Assembly: GCA_963806185.1 (NCBI GenBank)
Contig: CAWDXE010000006.1
Location: 32,001-96,000, forward strand
DNA: 64,000 nucleotides
Source of the DNA: an uncultured candidate division Zixibacteria bacterium
GTDB lineage: Bacteria; Zixibacteria; MSB-5A5; GN15; FEB-12
Reading direction: 5' to 3'
Made by a program: the position numbers and the translations under genes. Positions 60,701-64,000 of the stretch are shown here, piece by piece. How positions within the stretch are numbered: the stretch's first letter is position 1; every line of letters starts with the position of its first letter. The notes under the pieces are model-generated. The model searched no databases and had not been told where the DNA came from. It saw only the letters and a list, made by a program, of their open reading frames with translations.

Positions 60701-63700
60701 TGCCGCTAATCGTACCGCTGCCGGAGATGAGTGTTACCGACTGAATATTGTTATTCGGATCGCTGGTCACGAAGCTCCGGCAAATCTGTGCCGGGGTGCA
60801 GAGATTGACCGTGGTGTCGCCGGCGATAGTGATACTCGGCGCACCGTTTATGACTATGTCATAGGACAACGATACCGTGTCGGCGGCGCCGCACGAATCG
60901 GCCACCTGGGCCACGACACTGTAGGTACCGGTTCCCGTCGGCGTGAAGCACCAGTTACCGCTTGTACTCACCGAACCCGAACCGGACAGCCGCGTCCAGG
61001 TCAAGGTGCCACCGTTGATATCGGTCGCTGTAAACTGCGTGCACACCTCCGTCGGCGTGCACTGGAAGATTGTCGCGGGCAAGCGCGGATTGGCCGCCAC
61101 CGGCGCTGAATTGATGGTTACATGCGCCGTAATGAAGCAGGAGTCGGTGCCGCACGGCGTCGACGCCTTCACCTTCAGAATATAGGTGCCCGACGTATCA
61201 GCCGGGCAGATCACATTGCCGCCCACATACGACCCGATCGGCGTCACCGTATAGGTCGCCACCGGCGCTCCACCCACGGCGATACACAAACTGCCCGGCC
61301 CGCAGATGAATATCGTCTGCTCCGGCGGGCAAACCAGCACCGGCGGCTGGCTCACGGTCACATTAAACGTGATGTCGCAGGTATCCGCGCCGCACTCGGC
61401 CGTCGCGATCACGCGAGCCGTGTATGTGCCCGAGGCCGGTGCATTGAAACAAAGTTGACCGCCGCTGAACGTACCCAGCGTCGTCGTCACCGTCGCATTC
61501 GCCGGTGTGATCGTCAACGCCTGGCAGATCTGGCCGCCGGCGCACTCCGTGATGTTAATCGGTCCGGTCGGACAATCGATCACCGCCACCGGGCCGAAGG
61601 TCACGGTTACGTTGACCGTATCTCTGGCTGACAGACCGCACGAGTCGCTCACTTGAACGATGAATTGATACGACCCGGCGCTGCTCGGAGTGAAACAAAC
61701 CTTGTTGTTGACGGCGTCAAGCGTGCCATACCCCGAAATAAGCGTCTTGGTCAAACCGCTCGAGCCATTAGGATCGGAAACCGTAAAACTCCGGCAAATC
61801 TCGACCGGCGTACACAGATGTACGGTCGTGTCGTTGGCGAGGGTAAGCGACGGTGCACTGTTTACGGTCACATTGTATGTCAGGTTGACCGTATCTTTGG
61901 CGCCGCACGAATCCGCAACTACCGCGCTCACCGCGTAGTTCCCATTACCCGCCGGCGTGAAACACCACTGCCCGCCGGCTGAAACCGTGCCGGTCCCGCT
62001 CAGTTTACTCCAGGTCAGCGTTCCGCCATTGACATCCGCGGCTGTAAAGGTGTAGCAAATCTGGGCCGGCACACACTGGAAGACACTCACCGGCGTCGGC
62101 GGATTCACCGCCACCGGCGCGCTGTTCTTCGTTACCGTTGTCGTGACAAAGCAGGTGTCGGCACTGCATCCGGTCGTTGCAATTACGCGCAGCACATACG
62201 TGCCGCTCGTGTCGGCGGCGAAGCAGACGTTACCGGCACTGTAGGTACCGATCGGCGATATCGTCACCGTGGCACTTGCCGGTGTCACCGTCACCGGACG
62301 GCAGATCGACGTCGGGGCGCAAATGAAGTAGGCCGCGCTCGACGGACACGTGACGTCGGCATACTGCCCCATCGTCACGGTCACGACTACCGTATCAAGA
62401 TCGTACGCGCCGCACGAATCCGTCACTGATGTGACAATCTGGTAGGTCCCGCTCGCACTCGGGGTGAAACACACCGTGTTGGCCGCCGTGTCAATCGCAC
62501 CAAAGCCGGAAACCAGTACCTCGGTCAGCTTGCTTGTCCCATTCGGATCGCTGACTGCATAGCTCCGGCAAATCTGAGTCGGTGCACACAGGAAGATCGT
62601 CGTGTCATTCGCCAGCGTGATCGTCGGTGCGCCGTTCAGGGTGACATTGTAGGTGAGCGTTGTCGTATCCTTGGCGCCGCAGGAATCGGCGACCACCGCC
62701 GTTATTGCATAGGCTCCCGACGACGCCGGCGTGAAGCACCATTGCCCGCCGCTGGTGAGCGTCCCGGTCCCCGTGAGTTTCGTCCAGCTCAACGTGCCGC
62801 CATTGACATCGCTGGCCGCAAAGGTGTAGCACACCTGGGCGGGAGTGCATTGAATGAGATTTACCGGCGTGGTCGGATTGACCGCTACCGGCGCAGAGTT
62901 CAGAGTGACTGTATAGCTGATTGAGGTAGTATCTTTGGCGCCACACGAATCGGACACCACGGCCGTTACCGCATAAGTCCCGGAAATCGTCGGCGTGAAA
63001 CAGAACTGACCGCCCGACGTCACTGTCCCCGACCCGGCCAGCTTTGTCCAACTGAGCGTCCCGCCATTGGGATCGGCCGCCGTGAAGTTGTAGCAGATTT
63101 GCGCCGAGGCACACTGGAAAACCGTCTGGTTCGGCGGATTCACGGCCACGGGAGCTGCATTGAGCCCGATCGTCACCACCACCGTATCCAGATCGACGGC
63201 GTTACACGAGTCGGTCACCTTGATGACAAATGTCGAGGCGCCCGCCGCCCCGGGTGTATAGCAAATCTGATTGCCGGCAAGCGTCCCCGGCCCCGACAGC
63301 AATTGCGTCGACTTTATATTGTTGTCCGGATCGGTGAAACTGACCGGGAAACAAACCTGCCCGAGTGAGCAGAGGAATTTCGTGAAATCGGCCCCGGCGT
63401 TGGCCACCGGCGGGCGATTTATGACCACGGTGACCAGAGTCGTGTCGGCTCCGACATGACCACACTGGTCGGTCGCTGTCACTATCACCGTGTAGACGCC
63501 GGCCGTGTCGGCCGTGAAGCAAACGTCACTACTGGTCGATGACGGCGCCGTGCGCGCACCAAAGCCGTCGATTTCGATTACCCCTGATGTGCACTTGATG
63601 TATACCTGGTTGAACGGCAGACCGTCCGGCAGATCGAACGCAACTCCACCCGTTCCGGATCCGCTCGTACCGCCGGGAACGGTTCCCGTGAACGAATACA

Positions 63701-63998
63701 CCACGGTCCCGCTCAACTTGAACTGCAGGAGAGCTGTGCCGCCGCCGTCGCTGTTGGAGAAAATGACAAAATCACTGTTGGAGCCGTTGCATGTCCTGAT
63801 CGTGCTTGAGAATCCAACCGTCACATAGTTTCCGCTCGAAAAATCAACCGAGCCGTCACCCAATCCGCCATCAGGGCCACCTGCACCCGGCAACGTGAAG
63901 GTCAAATCAGTCGGCACCCCCTTGAGTTGATCGGCCGATTGCGCCGGGCCGACGCCCGACGGGAACGATCCGTAACTGACAATGGAGCTCACGAACAC
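54741..63998 (-). CDS. giant (>3000 aa, 5'-truncated) Cys-rich Ig/cadherin-like repeat protein with cohesin-like, dockerin and T9SS type-A-like CTD; frameshifts near 56001 and 55068
   Basis: Three ORFs join as WEYFTF|RYGADG and GHGS|VKSVD; about 28 repeats of 80-90 aa; GGFSFLIAYD cohesin-like motif; RGDINLN...SDVNADG dockerin; LSQNYPNPFNP...YFYRL...KKMVLLK. Confidence 0.85.
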
Positions 63999-64000
63999 AA

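Overview
GC-rich bacterial window with no rRNA, tRNA, CRISPR array or transposase seen. Cys-flanked dockerin tags and T9SS/FlgD-like C-terminal domains suggest candidate phylum Zixibacteria or a relative (inference). Left part: ECF sigma/zinc anti-sigma pair, thpR-yjbQ-oligopeptidase B operon, glutathione peroxidase and two FN3-repeat surface proteins. Middle (9.3-40.9 kb): a Wzx/Wzy-type surface-polysaccharide locus with a CDP-sugar/C-methyltransferase/DUF4910 cassette, a ThDP enzyme, ATP-grasp, GNAT, FemAB-like and AsnB-like modifiers and six glycosyltransferases. Right part: FG-GAP-dockerin protein, sugar dehydrogenase, MacAB-like ABC exporter, DNA alkylation repair gene, M3 peptidase, Smr protein, an AT-richer AbiTii-like gene between REP-like hairpins, and the 3' part of a >3000-aa Cys-rich repeat protein ending in cohesin-like, dockerin and T9SS-like domains. 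Best candidates for novelty: a non-cellulolytic, probably disulfide-stapled cohesin-dockerin surface assembly system; a structured ~250-nt leader plus paired sigma28-like promoters on the glycan locus; and an aminoacyl/amide glycan-decorating enzyme set. At least 7 frameshifts look like sequencing or assembly indels.
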